Shown here: one piece after another, positions 21,321 to 31,902 of the stretch
Numbering within the stretch: the first letter of the stretch is position 1
Layout: each line of letters begins with the position of its first letter
NCBI GenBank assembly: GCA_963817385.1
Contig: CAWFOM010000001.1
Span: 160,001-224,000 of the forward strand
From: an uncultured delta proteobacterium
Lineage (GTDB): Bacteria > Desulfobacterota > Syntrophia > Syntrophales > UBA5619
DNA length: 64,000 nucleotides
Reading direction: 5' to 3'
Position numbers and translations under genes: made by a program
The notes under the pieces: generated by a model
Seen by the model: only the letters and a program-made list of their open reading frames with translations
What the model was told of the DNA's origin: nothing
Databases searched by the model: none

Positions 21321-22164
21321 CGGTTCTTTTTCACCTTGCGCATGCTCTCCTCCAGGGCCGCGATCAGATCGACCGGACCTTCTCCCTCTTCCTCCTCGAC
21401 CTCGGGAGCCTCCACCGGAGCCTTTTCTTTCGCTATCTTCCTGAGAATTTTCACGATCTTCTTCCGGCGTTCGTCCGCATACTTATCCGGATTGAAGTCG
21501 GCGGTCATGCCTTTGATGATCTTTTTCAGGCGGCTTTTTTCTTCGGCGGTCGATCGTTCCTTCCTCGGGCGCGATCTCCTCATCGGAAAGGATCTCTTCG
21601 CGGTAATGAAGGGTGATCAGGGAGAGCGCCCCCTCCGTGCTTTTGACTGCGACGAGATACTCCCGTTCCCCCAGGACGAATTTTGCGAGCCCCGCTTTCT
21701 TTGTCCGGCGCATCACTTCGACCAGCAGCCGATACGCCTTTTCACCCCCCTTCGCGGGAACGAGATAATAGGGGTGATCATAATAGATCGAATCCACATC
21801 CTCCATATCGATGAACTCGACGATCTCGATCGTGCGGCTCCGTTCGGGCGACACGGATTCCAGTTCCTCGTCCGTGATCAGGATGTATTTGTCGGGTCCG
21901 ATTTCGTATCCCCTGATGATCTCATCCGGAGGAACGATCTTTCCTTCTTTTGGACAAACCATTCTTCTCAAGAGGGGGGAATAATCTTTGCTGTGGAGCA
22001 TGCGGAAGGAGACCCGGCCGGGCTCGACGGCCTTGACCAGCTGTACGGGAATCGCCACCAGGCTGAAGCTGATCGTCCCGCTCCATATGCCCTGCGCGGC
22101 CGTTTCGCTCCCCCGGTTTAGAAGACAACTTCGCCGGCAGCCGGGCGGATCGTCGGTTTTTCAT
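21317..22164 (-). CDS. ku: Ku protein (copy 1), two frameshifts (near 22090 and 21545)
   Basis: WSGTISFSLVAIPV, RGYE, PYYLVP, DLIAALEES motifs spread over three overlapping ORFs. Confidence 0.85.
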
Positions 22165-22935
22165 CTACGCAACCTTCTTCAGACTCGCTTCGAGGGCCTG
22201 AAGCAACTTGTCCGATGTCGTGGGTTTCAAGCGCCGGGGGCGCAGGATGGCAATCTTTTCTCCGCGGGCTTTTTTATCGATTAACTGTTGCAGCTTTTTC
22301 TGATGTTCGTTTTCGAATTTCTGCGGCTGAAAAGGGGCCGTCAACTGATTGATCAAATCACTGCCGATCTTCAGCTCTTTTTCGGCCAGAGGGATTTCCT
22401 GCAGTTCAAGAGACTTCACCGAAATCACTTCGTCGGCATACCGCAGGGTATTCAGGCGGAGAATCCGCCCGCTCATCTGCAAGGCCCCGAGATATGACCG
22501 TTTTCTCATGGTCCAGGTGCAGATGCCGGCCACATCCATGTCCCCCAATGCCCCGGCAAGCGCGTTATACCCTTTTGAGGGGATGTCCGGCTCCAGATAG
22601 TAGACCCGCTCAAGGAAGACAGGATCGATCTGCTCGGTTTTCACGAACTCGTGGACTTCGATTATCCGGCTCTCTTCGGGTTCGGCTTGCTCGAGTTCCG
22701 CCGGATCGACGAGGAGGTATTTCCCCTCCTCCAATTCAAGCCCCCTGGTCTGTTCTTCCGCCGGCACGGGCACTTTTTCATAGGCGCAGACCATCTGTTG
22801 CTTCAGTTTGATATGATCGCGCCGGTGGAGAAGGTGAAACTGAATCCGCTCTTCCTTGACCGCGGTATGCAGCTTCACCGGAACATCGACACCCCCGAAA
22901 TGGATATATCCCTTCCAGATCGCTCTTCCCGCCAT
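22165..22935 (-). CDS. ku: Ku protein (copy 2)
   Basis: RAIWKGYIHFGGVDVPVKL, YYLEP, TLRYADEV, LLQALEASL. Confidence 0.9.
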   Translation of the reverse strand: MAGRAIWKGYIHFGGVDVPVKLHTAVKEERIQFHLLHRRDHIKLKQQMVCAYEKVPVPAEEQTRGLELEEGKYLLVDPAELEQAEPEESRIIEVHEFVKTEQIDPVFLERVYYLEPDIPSKGYNALAGALGDMDVAGICTWTMRKRSYLGALQMSGRILRLNTLRYADEVISVKSLELQEIPLAEKELKIGSDLINQLTAPFQPQKFENEHQKKLQQLIDKKARGEKIAILRPRRLKPTTSDKLLQALEASLKKVA

Positions 22936-22944
22936 GGAGCATCC

Positions 22945-23436
22945 TCACGCCATCAACATCCTCGCCAGGATGATTCCCAAACCGAGCCATACGGGGATGG
23001 AGATAATGAGCGCCCAGACGATCCCATTTGCATTCTTCAACCTCCCCTGGAGACTCATTTCAAGAAGCGCCCGTTCTATCTTCATTCGTATTTCATCAAT
23101 ATTGAAAGGTTTCGTGATGTAATCCCTTGCCCCTTTTTTTATGGCCTCGATAGATGATGAAATCGAAGGATAACCGGTGATCATGATGAATATGGCATCA
23201 GAGTCAATCTCTTTGACTTTATTCAGAAGCTCCAATCCATTCATCGGCGCCATATTGAGATCCGACAAGATGATATCAAAGTGCTCCTCTTTGTATATCT
23301 TTAAGGCATCCTGCCCATTTTCGGCGCAAGTCACCTCATAGCCATACTCATTGAGATACTCCGCAAGGAGATCCCGCACACTTTTTTCATCATCCACCAC
23401 CAACATTCGCTTTGGTATTTGTTTCAGGTCTGCCAT
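22945..23436 (-). CDS. Response-regulator receiver protein with C-terminal transmembrane helix
   Basis: LVVDDE, SDLNMAPMNG, ITG, DYITKPF; C-terminal GIVWALIISIPVWLGLGIILA. Confidence 0.85.
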   Translation of the reverse strand: MADLKQIPKRMLVVDDEKSVRDLLAEYLNEYGYEVTCAENGQDALKIYKEEHFDIILSDLNMAPMNGLELLNKVKEIDSDAIFIMITGYPSISSSIEAIKKGARDYITKPFNIDEIRMKIERALLEMSLQGRLKNANGIVWALIISIPVWLGLGIILARMLMA

Positions 23437-23582
23437 AGGATCATCTCCTTGGTCTATCCTTCCATTGATCAGGCTTTACGCATGGATCGCCCCCGGAATA
23501 TACCCGGCATGTCCAACATGATCACCTCGATGATAGCATAAAAGAGAGATCTTCTTATACCTGATATATATTAAATTGTAAA

Positions 23583-26113
23583 TCATTTCACCGACCGATT
23601 ATCCCGTAAAACACCTTTTTCACCACTTCCGCCATGAAAATATACAGGATCATGATCAGGGCGAGGATCAGGAGAAAGGAGAGGGGCAGGGAAACTAATC
23701 CGAAGATCCTGCCCAGGGGTGTAAAGGGAAGGATCAAGCGCGGCCGTCACCACGGCTATCGTGGCGACGAGCAGTTGGTTCCCCGGCCGGCTCTTATAAA
23801 AAGGCCTGCGGCTGCGGATGACCAGCACGATGATGGCGGCGGACGCGACCGATTCCATGAACCAGCCCGTCCGGAACTGCTCGGGCGTGGCATGGAGAAC
23901 CAGCAACAGCACCCCAAAGGTCAGATAATCGAAGACCGAACTGACCAGCCCGAAGGCGAACATGAATTTCCGGATAAAGGCAATATCCCAGCGCCGGGGG
24001 CGATTCACCATTTCCCGGTCCACCTTATCCGTGGCGATCGTCATCTCGGGAAAATCCGTCATCAGATTGGTCAACAGGATCTGCTTGGGCAACAGGGGGA
24101 GAAAGGGCAGAAAGAGGGAGGCGCCGGCCATGCTGAACATGTTGCCGAAATTGGCGCTGGTGGACATAAAGACGTATTTCAGGGTGTTGGCAAAGGTCGT
24201 TCTGCCTTCCTGCACGCCCTGCACGAGCACCGCCAGATCCTTTTCCAAAAGCACGATATCCGCCGCTTCCTTGGCCACATCCACCGCCGTGTCCACGGAA
24301 ATGCCGACGTCGGCCGCATGCAGGGCCGAGGCGTCATTGATGCCGTCCCCCAGGTAACCGACGACATGCCCCGCCTTGCGCAAGGCCAGGATGATGCGCT
24401 CTTTCTGGTTGGGCTCCACTTCCGAGAAGATATCCGTCTGCGTTACCTTCTGCAACAGAGCGGTGTTGCTTATTTCCCGGAGTTCGCCGCCCGTAAGGAT
24501 TTTTGCCTCCGCCATACCGACATCCCGGCTCACCTTGGCGGCCACAAGACGATTGTCGCCCGTGATAATCTTCAGCGTCACACCCAGCTTTTTGAGGCGG
24601 TCAATCGTTTCGGCAATGTCCTTTTTCGGCGGATCGAAGAAAAGCACAAACCCGAGAAAGGTCATGTCCTGCTCTTCGCCTTTGCCGATTGTGGATGTCG
24701 TTCCCAGATCCCGATACGCGAGACCGATCAGCCGCAAGCCCTGAGCTGCTGAACTCCTCGAATTGCCGGTTGATCTGCAACGTTACCGAGGCAATGTCCA
24801 CCTTGTCCCCGGCGGGGGTTTCCGCACGGGAACAGACCGCCAGCACCTGGGGAAGGGTCCCTTTGGTAATCATGATATGTGCGCCCTCATGCTTCACCAG
24901 GATACTCAGACGCTTGCGGATGAAATCATAGGGGACTTCATCCGCCTTTTCGTATCCCGAGACATCCGGTTGCTTATGGGACCGGATCGCCTCGTCGATG
25001 GGATTGGCAAAGCCCTTTTCAAAGAAGGCATTCAGATAGGCGTGCAGGAAGACCCGGTCGCTGGCCTGGCCGTCGAGATCCAATGCCGAATGCAGACGCA
25101 CCGATCCTTCGGTCAGGGTTCCCGTCTTATCGGAACAGAGCACATCCATGCTCCCGAAGTTTTCTATGGATGCCAGCCGCTTGACAATGACCTTCTGCTC
25201 GGCCATCTTTTTGGCGCCGTGGGCCAGGTTGATGCTGATAATGGCCGGCAGCAGTTGCGGTGTCAGCCCGACCGCCAGCGCCAGGGAAAAAAGAAAGGCT
25301 TCAAGAACGGGCCGATGAAAGTAGACATTCACGGCAAAAATAACGATCACCAGGGACAGGGTCACTTCGAGCAGGAAAAAGCCGAACCGGCGGATGCCCT
25401 GTTCAAACTCCGTTTCCTGGGGCTTTCAGTTTCAGCCGTTCCGAGATTTTCCCGAATTCCGCCTGCTTGCCGGTGAAAACCGCCACCGCTCGGGCGGTGC
25501 CGCTGATGACGTGGGTCCCCATAAAGAGGCTGTTGGTGCGCCCGGCGAGCGGCGTATCCGACGGCAAGAGAGCAGCGTCCTTCTCGACGGGGTAGGTTTC
25601 GCCGGTCATGGTGGCCTCATCCACAAAGAGATCCCGGGATTCCAAAATCAGGCAATCGGCGGGAATGGCGTCTCCGGCATTCAGGAGCACGATGTCTCCC
25701 GGGACGACATCTTCCAGGGGAATCTCCTGCTGCGAGCCGTCACGAAGCACCGCGGCCTTGATCCTGACGATCGCCAGGAGCTTTGCCACCGCATCGGCGG
25801 CGCCCCGTTCCTGCCAGAATCCCAGGAGGCCGCTGATCAGGACGATAACCAGAATAATGCCGGCGTCCACCGGATCATGGAGGAAGAAAGACAACCCGGC
25901 CGCAAAAACGAGGGTCAGGATGATCGGGCTTTTAAACTGAGACAGCAGCAGGGCCAGCGCGTCCGACCGCTTCGGCGGCTTCAGGAGATTGGCGCCGAAG
26001 CTTACCAGCCGTCGCTTTGCCTCCTCGCTGCTCAATCCTTCCGGCCGCGTTTCGAGTTGCGTCAGCAGATCGGTCGGAGGTATGCTCCAGAAAGATGGTG
26101 TCTGTTGGATCAT
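23583..26113 (-). CDS. mgtA: Mg2+-translocating P-type ATPase, several frameshifts
   Basis: TGE, LAVGLTPQLLP, DKTGTLT, TGDN, GDGIND, SANFGNMFS motifs across ORFs 25403..26125, 24601..25365, 23583..24737. Confidence 0.85.
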
Positions 26114-26144
26114 TTGGCCTCTCACCCAAATCCATGGTGCGGCG

Positions 26145-27293
26145 TTACCTCACCCCTCTTTCCCGAAGCGCATCGTGCAGGAGGTTGTTGCCGTCGCAGC
26201 GGTAACAATGGTTCTCGGTTCCCGACGGCACATCGCCGTCCAGCACCAGACCCGCCGCCTCACGAATGACCTCCGCATACCATTTCCCGGAGGGCGCCCG
26301 GTGGCCTGCGAGGCGGGAGCCGGGGTTTGGAGACCAGACGAACGGAACAACGTTGGCTCCCATTCCCGTCAGAGTCTTCACGCCGTCGAGGAAGGTGTCT
26401 TTCGGCTCCAGGCCCATCACAAAGACCCCATACACATTGCCCTTTCCAAATACCTCGACGGCGCTCTCGATCGACCGGAGGAATTGCGTGTGCGATGTGC
26501 TTTCCGACTTCCCGGGACAAATGGCCCGGTAAAGCGCCTCGTCCCAGATTTCCATGCTGTATCCGATAGCCTGAATGCCGGTGTCGTAGTACCGCTTTAT
26601 ATCGTCGCCCTTCGCGGGCGATGGGAGAACCGTACCGGGGATGCGGTCCACCCCCCGATGCCTCCGGATGGACGCAAAGATGTCTTCAACGACCGACACC
26701 TCTCTCTCGTGGGCAAAGCAGCCGCCGGTGAGCAGGACATGGTTGACCATGCCCTCTTCCCACGCGGCGCCGGCAACTTCGCCGATCAATTCCGCATCCT
26801 TCTTTTTCAGCACGGTGTCATATGTCCGGGACGTGGAAACGAGATTGCAGAACAGGCATTGCCGCCCGTGCGCGAAGTGACTGCAATAGTTCTGGTAACA
26901 GAAAAACAGGCAGTCCTCTCCTCCGATCTGCCCGATTTGGACCATTTTCTTGTTCGCGGCAAGCTCGCGATCGTAAAAGGCGGGCCGCTTAATCCACTTC
27001 ACCTCGCACATGTCCCTCTCACCGTGGAACAACCGCAGAACTCCGTCGTCGGCCCGCACGCAAAACGGCGATGACGAGTTCATCCGGAACTGAACAACGG
27101 TCCCGTCGGGCAAGAGAAAATCGTCCGGCAGTTCGGCGCCTGCATGGTCTTCCATATCCCAACCAAAGAGGCCGTGGTTCTGTTCCTTGTAGTCTGAGCC
27201 GACCCCCGTCAACGCTTCCCTGGTGGCTCTCACGCCCTCGACCAGCAGGGACGCCTTCAGTTCGATCATGTCACCGGTGTATGCCTCGTTCAT
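26145..27293 (-). CDS. Radical SAM protein with CX8CX2C motif; probable last cassette of array 1
   Basis: CSHFAHGRQCLFC, LLTGG, C-terminal CYRC; RBS and ATG directly follow an attC R' core (GTTGAGC). Confidence 0.8.
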   Translation of the reverse strand: MNEAYTGDMIELKASLLVEGVRATREALTGVGSDYKEQNHGLFGWDMEDHAGAELPDDFLLPDGTVVQFRMNSSSPFCVRADDGVLRLFHGERDMCEVKWIKRPAFYDRELAANKKMVQIGQIGGEDCLFFCYQNYCSHFAHGRQCLFCNLVSTSRTYDTVLKKKDAELIGEVAGAAWEEGMVNHVLLTGGCFAHEREVSVVEDIFASIRRHRGVDRIPGTVLPSPAKGDDIKRYYDTGIQAIGYSMEIWDEALYRAICPGKSESTSHTQFLRSIESAVEVFGKGNVYGVFVMGLEPKDTFLDGVKTLTGMGANVVPFVWSPNPGSRLAGHRAPSGKWYAEVIREAAGLVLDGDVPSGTENHCYRCDGNNLLHDALRERGVR

Positions 27294-27311
27294 CGCTTTC
27301 CTTTCTGTTCC

Positions 27312-27374
27312 GCTCAACGAAACTCTAACTGACTCGCGGTTTTTTGCCCGGCCGGGTTGAGCCTTTTGTTATGC
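27312..27374 (-). other. attC site
   Basis: Minus strand GCATAAC...GCTCAAC...AGTTAGAG...GTTGAGC, 63 bp. Confidence 0.75.
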
Positions 27375-27798
27375 GTTTCTTTTTTGCTTGCTGGTTTTTG
27401 AAAAAAATTAAAAACTCCTTGGGTGAAATGACTTTAGCGCCTTGGCATCGTTCAGCAGGGAAATGTTTTTGATTTCCGGTAACAAGACACACCGCTTGAC
27501 TCGCAAGAGCGACTTCGAGAAACGGTTCATCATCCGGATCAGGAAGCGAATGGGACAACGGGGAAGGCGCAACAGCCCGGCCACGATACACAATATAGTC
27601 AAGAAACGCGGCGACCTTTTCTTCTTCAAATCCAAACCTCGGGCGTCGCAGAACCTCGTTGTATTCTGAGAGAATCCGTGCATCAAAGGAAAGCGTCAGT
27701 TCACCGGCTGAGACCATGCGTGCGATTTCGCCACAAGCCCCAAACGGCGATAGAAGACCCGCAACAAGGACATTGGTGTCAATGACAATGTCCATCAT
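27325..27798 (-). CDS. PIN-domain toxin (type II TA)
   Basis: VIDTNVL, DPDDEPFL, LVTGNQKHF; ATGA-type overlap with the antitoxin. Confidence 0.9.
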   Translation of the reverse strand: MMDIVIDTNVLVAGLLSPFGACGEIARMVSAGELTLSFDARILSEYNEVLRRPRFGFEEEKVAAFLDYIVYRGRAVAPSPLSHSLPDPDDEPFLEVALASQAVCLVTGNQKHFPAERCQGAKVISPKEFLIFFKNQQAKKKRITKGSTRPGKKPRVS

Positions 27799-28079
27799 GC
27801 CCGCTTTTCACGAACAGATTTAATTTCGGCATTGATTTCATCAACCGAAATCTTGTCTGTTCCTTTCTCCACAGATCTCCGCTGGAGAGAAACAACGGCG
27901 TCAACGGCACGCGATCTGCGAAATGCCGCTAGCGATTCCTCAAGATTTGCCTCGGTTATCGCCGCAAGGATGGCTATTGGCCGACCGTTGCTGGTAACAA
28001 CCATCTCTCTTTCGTCAGGCAGCTCTTTCCAGATTTGTGCGGATTTGCCTCTTAAATCTCGGACGCTTAAAAATTTCAT
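27795..28079 (-). CDS. Phd/YefM-family antitoxin
   Basis: MKFLSVRDLR...VVTSNGRPIAIL. Confidence 0.88.
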   Translation of the reverse strand: MKFLSVRDLRGKSAQIWKELPDEREMVVTSNGRPIAILAAITEANLEESLAAFRRSRAVDAVVSLQRRSVEKGTDKISVDEINAEIKSVREKRA

Positions 28080-28093
28080 GGTTGTATCCTCCA

Positions 28094-28135
28094 TTTGTGT
28101 ATCACATCATGTACACAAACGTCACCCATTGTCAA
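28094..28135 (-). promoter_or_regulatory. TA cassette promoter with operator
   Basis: TTGACA at 28130-28135; inverted repeat TTTGTGTA/TACACAAA (28094-28101, 28112-28119). Confidence 0.6.
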
Positions 28136-28250
28136 TACGCAGAGTTAAGCTGCCGCCTTGTACCAAACTATTCCGTTGTTTTTGTTAGCACACGCAAGCG
28201 ACATTACTCAAACGTCTATTTAGCGGTCAGCTCCAACGACTTGGGTGGGC
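28132..28250 (-). other. attC site (degenerate cores)
   Basis: GCCCACC-CAAGTCGTTGGAGCTGACCGC...GCGGCAGCTTAACTCTGC-GTATTGA; inner L boxes complementary. Confidence 0.65.
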
Positions 28251-28274
28251 CAATCACGGAGCGCCTCATCGACT

Positions 28275-29066
28275 TTATTTCCGGGTGATCCAATCTGCGA
28301 TCTTTTCCACCACCTCCCGCTCTATGCCGTTGAAGCCGTGGTAGGCCATCGCTTCACAGGGATCACCCTGGCTCTTTCCTCCTTCGAACGTGAGCAGTTC
28401 TTTACGCGGAACGGCGGTCAGTTTGTCCATAAGCTTCGGGAGATCACCATACTTGCAATGCTCGCATCCATCCTGTTTGTGATGCACGATAAGAGTCGGA
28501 ACCTGGATTCTCCCTAATGGCATTTCCGGAACAGGACGACCACCCGGTGCGTCGGTAAGTATGGTTGAGCTGAGAACAACACCGTCCGGCCCGCCATCGG
28601 CCGGTGCGAGTCGCGTCGTAATGAATGCGGCGGATTGTGTTCCCCGACTGGTGCCTACCAACCACACGGGAATGCCGGCCTGCTGCTTCAACCATGCGAT
28701 TACCGCCCTGATGTCGGCAACGTGTTCAGGTTTCTGACGGAAGCCCCCGAGGTACGGCGGATTCTGGCGATCGGACGGTGCATCGACCACGGCAACCATC
28801 AGACCGTTGGAGGCGAACAACTGCCGCGTGCGCACAAGGAAGTTGCCTGCGCCCCATTTGAAGCTTCCGGTCGAAGTGATCTGAAGTCCTCCGTGGCCCC
28901 CCGCGAAAAGCACGACCGCTGTTTTCGGCTTGTCGGGTGCGAGCACGACCATCCGCTGAGTAACACCGGGGCGGGTTGGAATGTCAACGACTCGCTCTGC
29001 CTGTGCCCATAGCTGGCTTGCAAATATCAGTGAACCAAGCTGACATAATAGAATAACTCTCTTCAT
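28275..29066 (-). CDS. Secreted alpha/beta hydrolase (cassette)
   Basis: Signal peptide; GTSRG nucleophile elbow; candidate D and H catalytic residues. Confidence 0.8.
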   Translation of the reverse strand: MKRVILLCQLGSLIFASQLWAQAERVVDIPTRPGVTQRMVVLAPDKPKTAVVLFAGGHGGLQITSTGSFKWGAGNFLVRTRQLFASNGLMVAVVDAPSDRQNPPYLGGFRQKPEHVADIRAVIAWLKQQAGIPVWLVGTSRGTQSAAFITTRLAPADGGPDGVVLSSTILTDAPGGRPVPEMPLGRIQVPTLIVHHKQDGCEHCKYGDLPKLMDKLTAVPRKELLTFEGGKSQGDPCEAMAYHGFNGIEREVVEKIADWITRK

Positions 29067-29076
29067 ATGACCTCCT

Positions 29077-29203
29077 TTCCAATACGGCGTCTAGCCGCCA
29101 GGCACGCTTGCCTGCCTTCCCCTGTCCTTCCCCGCTGTACGTATTCTGTCATGAAAGGAAAGAAATGCAAGGGTGACAGTTCGGCTACAACGCCTTGTCA
29201 TGT
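29077..29203 (-). other. attC site (long type, degenerate cores)
   Basis: ACATGAC-AAGGCGTTGTAGCCGA...CGGCTAGACGCC; homologous to the site at 31903. Confidence 0.65.
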
Positions 29204-29799
29204 GATATCCGTGGATACTGCCTTTCAATTATGCCAGCGACCTCATCGAGCCAGGCTTGTCGTTCCTCCTCGGTGCTCGTCACGATAATCCCGAACGTCT
29301 TTCGATAGAAGTCTCGGACACCGCACAAGTCAAAGATGCAGCTTCTCCAGATTAGTTCCAGCGGATCACCGAACGCGGCCCTTTCTCTTTCCGCGTTCGT
29401 ATTGGATGTATTGAACACGATCGCCGACCGGGCTTTCAAGAGACCCCTGGGTACTCCCTCTCCCTTGTCGCCTTCAATAAATTCGTACGCGACTCCGGGT
29501 CGAATGACCCTGTCAACCCATCCTTTCAATATGGCAGGGGGTTGCCCCCACCAATTTGGGTGAACAATAACGATGCCGGATGCGGCTGCTATTTCCTTAC
29601 AGTGTCTTTCAATTTCCGATGGCAGCGCGACATCTCGTTCGAACTCCTCGAACGGCAAGACAGAATCGAATCTCTCGGCGTAGAGATCATGAAAATTTAC
29701 TTCATAACCGTTTCCGTCAAGAACCTTGACACAGGTCATCGCAATGGCGTGGTTGAAGCTGCCCTTTTTCGGATGCGCCAGGATTACGGACACGTTCAT
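29185..29799 (-). CDS. NAD(P)H-dependent quinone oxidoreductase, flavodoxin-like fold (cassette)
   Basis: LAHPKKGSFN, DLY, HPNWWGQPPAILKGWVDRV. Confidence 0.88.
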   Translation of the reverse strand: MNVSVILAHPKKGSFNHAIAMTCVKVLDGNGYEVNFHDLYAERFDSVLPFEEFERDVALPSEIERHCKEIAAASGIVIVHPNWWGQPPAILKGWVDRVIRPGVAYEFIEGDKGEGVPRGLLKARSAIVFNTSNTNAERERAAFGDPLELIWRSCIFDLCGVRDFYRKTFGIIVTSTEEERQAWLDEVAGIIERQYPRISHDKAL

Positions 29800-29835
29800 G
29801 GGATTTTTCGTTCTGCCTTTCCTGTTTCGTTTCTG

Positions 29836-29865
29836 GCCGCGTCCGTGTGCAGCGCTTGTCTGGGC
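29836..29865 (-). other. Half attC (R''-L'' arm only)
   Basis: GCCCAGAC-AAGCGCTGCACACGGACGCGGC with no complementary arm. Confidence 0.4.
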
Positions 29866-29916
29866 GTCTTCTCAATTCATGTATCCGTTTGGCGCTGCCC
29901 ATTTCTGAAGGCGTAA

Positions 29917-30327
29917 TTACTTATTGTTGTTCGTTGAGCGAACTATGACAATCATGACTGCACACGCCGCCAGGAACGACAAGCCCCCTATCATGGCGAT
30001 GCCTTCAGCATATTTCGCTCCCGCTGTAAGACCACGCAAGGCAACACCGATTGGAAGGCATAAAGCCAATGCGGTGAGAACGGCGCCAATGCGCTTGATT
30101 CTGTCTGAGCATTCTGCGCGGCCAATGAGAAGGCCGAATACAATATTGATGAGACCAAATGACATCCCATGCGTGTGACCTGCCTTCGTGAGATAGCGCC
30201 ACAGGGGAATTTGACCGTAGCCGTTCACATAGTATGGCTCAAGTGATTGTCCGAGAGCAAACCCGGCGATTGTTGCCGCCACCATCGTTAATAGTCCCAG
30301 AAGAATATTGAATCGACCGTTGATCAT
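29917..30327 (-). CDS. Hypothetical 4-TM membrane protein
   Basis: 136 aa, four hydrophobic segments, AGHTHG motif, GGAGG RBS. Confidence 0.7.
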   Translation of the reverse strand: MINGRFNILLGLLTMVAATIAGFALGQSLEPYYVNGYGQIPLWRYLTKAGHTHGMSFGLINIVFGLLIGRAECSDRIKRIGAVLTALALCLPIGVALRGLTAGAKYAEGIAMIGGLSFLAACAVMIVIVRSTNNNK

Positions 30328-30363
30328 ATTTTCCTCCTTGACGCAGAAATGCTTTTTATAATT

Positions 30364-31014
30364 TTAGGTCTCATCGTCCTTGAGAAGTGTCTCGCCCTTT
30401 ATGAGCCAGGATAAGCCGAAGACGAATACAGCGACAGACTCTAACCAGAAGACCGGATCGAGCCTTTTCACCGATGTTTCGCCCGGCAGCATCGCGACAA
30501 TTCCGATTAGCGCTATGCATGCCAAAATCGTATAACCGCACACCGTGTAAACAACGTTTCTCTGACACTTTCGACGCGTTGGGGTCTTGCTTGGGTCTGT
30601 CTTCCGAAAAAGTACAAGCGAGAAGTACGCAAGGGTTAGGAAGAACAGCGCTGCGAACAAGTGGTGCAGGCCCCCGATAAGCCGATCTTGCGACGTGGGA
30701 TTCACCTCGGGCGCAGTGGGGAAGAGCGCGACGCCAATTGCAAAGAGGCACGCAAGATCGCCGGCGATGTCATCCTGTTGCTTGTATCTGTACGACATAA
30801 GGAAGACCGCAATGGCGCATAAGCTTCCTACGAATACATCCCCCATGTTTGTGTAGTAGTAGCTGCTGATCGAGCGTTGTATTCCAGACCCATCAAGGAT
30901 GATCCTTCCGATGGCGAGGACAAAGGGCAATGAAACTCCAATGATCCCTATGGCTTTTCGCAGACCGAGATAGGAAAGGATCAGAGCGGTATCGGAGCTG
31001 GGCTGCTGATTCAT
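30364..31014 (-). CDS. Membrane protein (DUF998-like)
   Basis: SYLGLRKAIG, SISSYY, LHHLFAALFF, WLIKG; about 6 TM segments; GGAGG RBS. Confidence 0.7.
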   Translation of the reverse strand: MNQQPSSDTALILSYLGLRKAIGIIGVSLPFVLAIGRIILDGSGIQRSISSYYYTNMGDVFVGSLCAIAVFLMSYRYKQQDDIAGDLACLFAIGVALFPTAPEVNPTSQDRLIGGLHHLFAALFFLTLAYFSLVLFRKTDPSKTPTRRKCQRNVVYTVCGYTILACIALIGIVAMLPGETSVKRLDPVFWLESVAVFVFGLSWLIKGETLLKDDET

Positions 31015-31069
31015 AAATCACCTCCTATGACTTATTGCGTGATTATTGAAACCTGGCACGCCGGTTCAC

Positions 31070-31174
31070 CTACGGACCCTTCGTTTCCGCCTCCCAGCGA
31101 AAAGCACCGTAGAGCACCGCGGCGGCAATACAGACGGCCAGAGCAAGAACTATGATGACGACTTTCAGCCACAT
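31070..31174 (-). pseudogene. Truncated cassette gene (N-terminal membrane anchor only, 34 aa)
   Basis: MWLKVVIIVLALAVCIAAAVLYGAFRWEAETKGP* with GGAG RBS, located after an attC remnant. Confidence 0.45.
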
Positions 31175-31202
31175 GGTGCTCTCCGTGATCGATGGATCAT
31201 TC

Positions 31203-31246
31203 GCCCAGACCGAAAGCTCTTCAACCAGTGGATTGATTAGTTGGCC
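31203..31246 (-). other. Truncated attC
   Basis: R'' GGCCAAC is the exact complement of the cassette's opening GTTGGCC (31903-31909). Confidence 0.55.
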
Positions 31247-31251
31247 ATCTC

Positions 31252-31629
31252 TTATTTCCTGGGAAAATACTTTACCTTGCTTATATTTTTAAAATCTGAA
31301 TCCTGGGTCCATATAACGGCTTTGAATTCTTGCGCTGTTGCGAGAATGATACTGTCCGCCATTGGAAGATTGATGCTCCAGACTCAGCCTTGAAGCGGCA
31401 ATTGCCAATGGTGCGTTTAGATCCACAACTTATTCCTTTTTGCATAGCAACAACTGCCTGCAATGCTTCATTCTCACTGGACTCCCGGAAAATGACCTTG
31501 AAAACCTCGTATATCGTTATCGTTGGAACAACAAGCAAATGCCGAATCACTCAGCGGGGGCAGGAAATACTTGGCATTAGGCTCATCTGCAAAGTATGCA
31601 AGCCAGCCGGAAGAATCTACGATATTCAT
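31252..31629 (-). CDS. vapC: VapC PIN toxin (frameshifted in this sequence)
   Basis: MNIVDSSGWLAYF...PTITIYEVFK...PMADSIILATA...WTQDSDF assembled from several frames. Confidence 0.8.
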
Positions 31630-31832
31630 ACTCTATCTTCCTCTCGTTTGAATTCAGTATTGATGCCCTTGAGGAATCCACGGAGTTCTTTAATGTCGCG
31701 TTCTGGTATAAGTTCAATGCGACCGGCATATTCAACAATTTGCATTTTTTGGCCCGGACGAAGCTTCAATGCTTCTCTGACTTTTTTTGGTATAACGACT
31801 TGATATTTTGGTGATACGGTTACTGATTGCAT
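31626..31832 (-). CDS. AbrB/MazE/SpoVT-family antitoxin
   Basis: VTVSPKYQVVIPKKVREAL; overlaps the vapC start. Confidence 0.9.
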   Translation of the reverse strand: MQSVTVSPKYQVVIPKKVREALKLRPGQKMQIVEYAGRIELIPERDIKELRGFLKGINTEFKREEDRV

Positions 31833-31902
31833 GCCAATACCTCCATCGATCTATTTTGTTTTACGATATCATGATCGATATGTTTTTGTCAATTATATTG
31901 AT

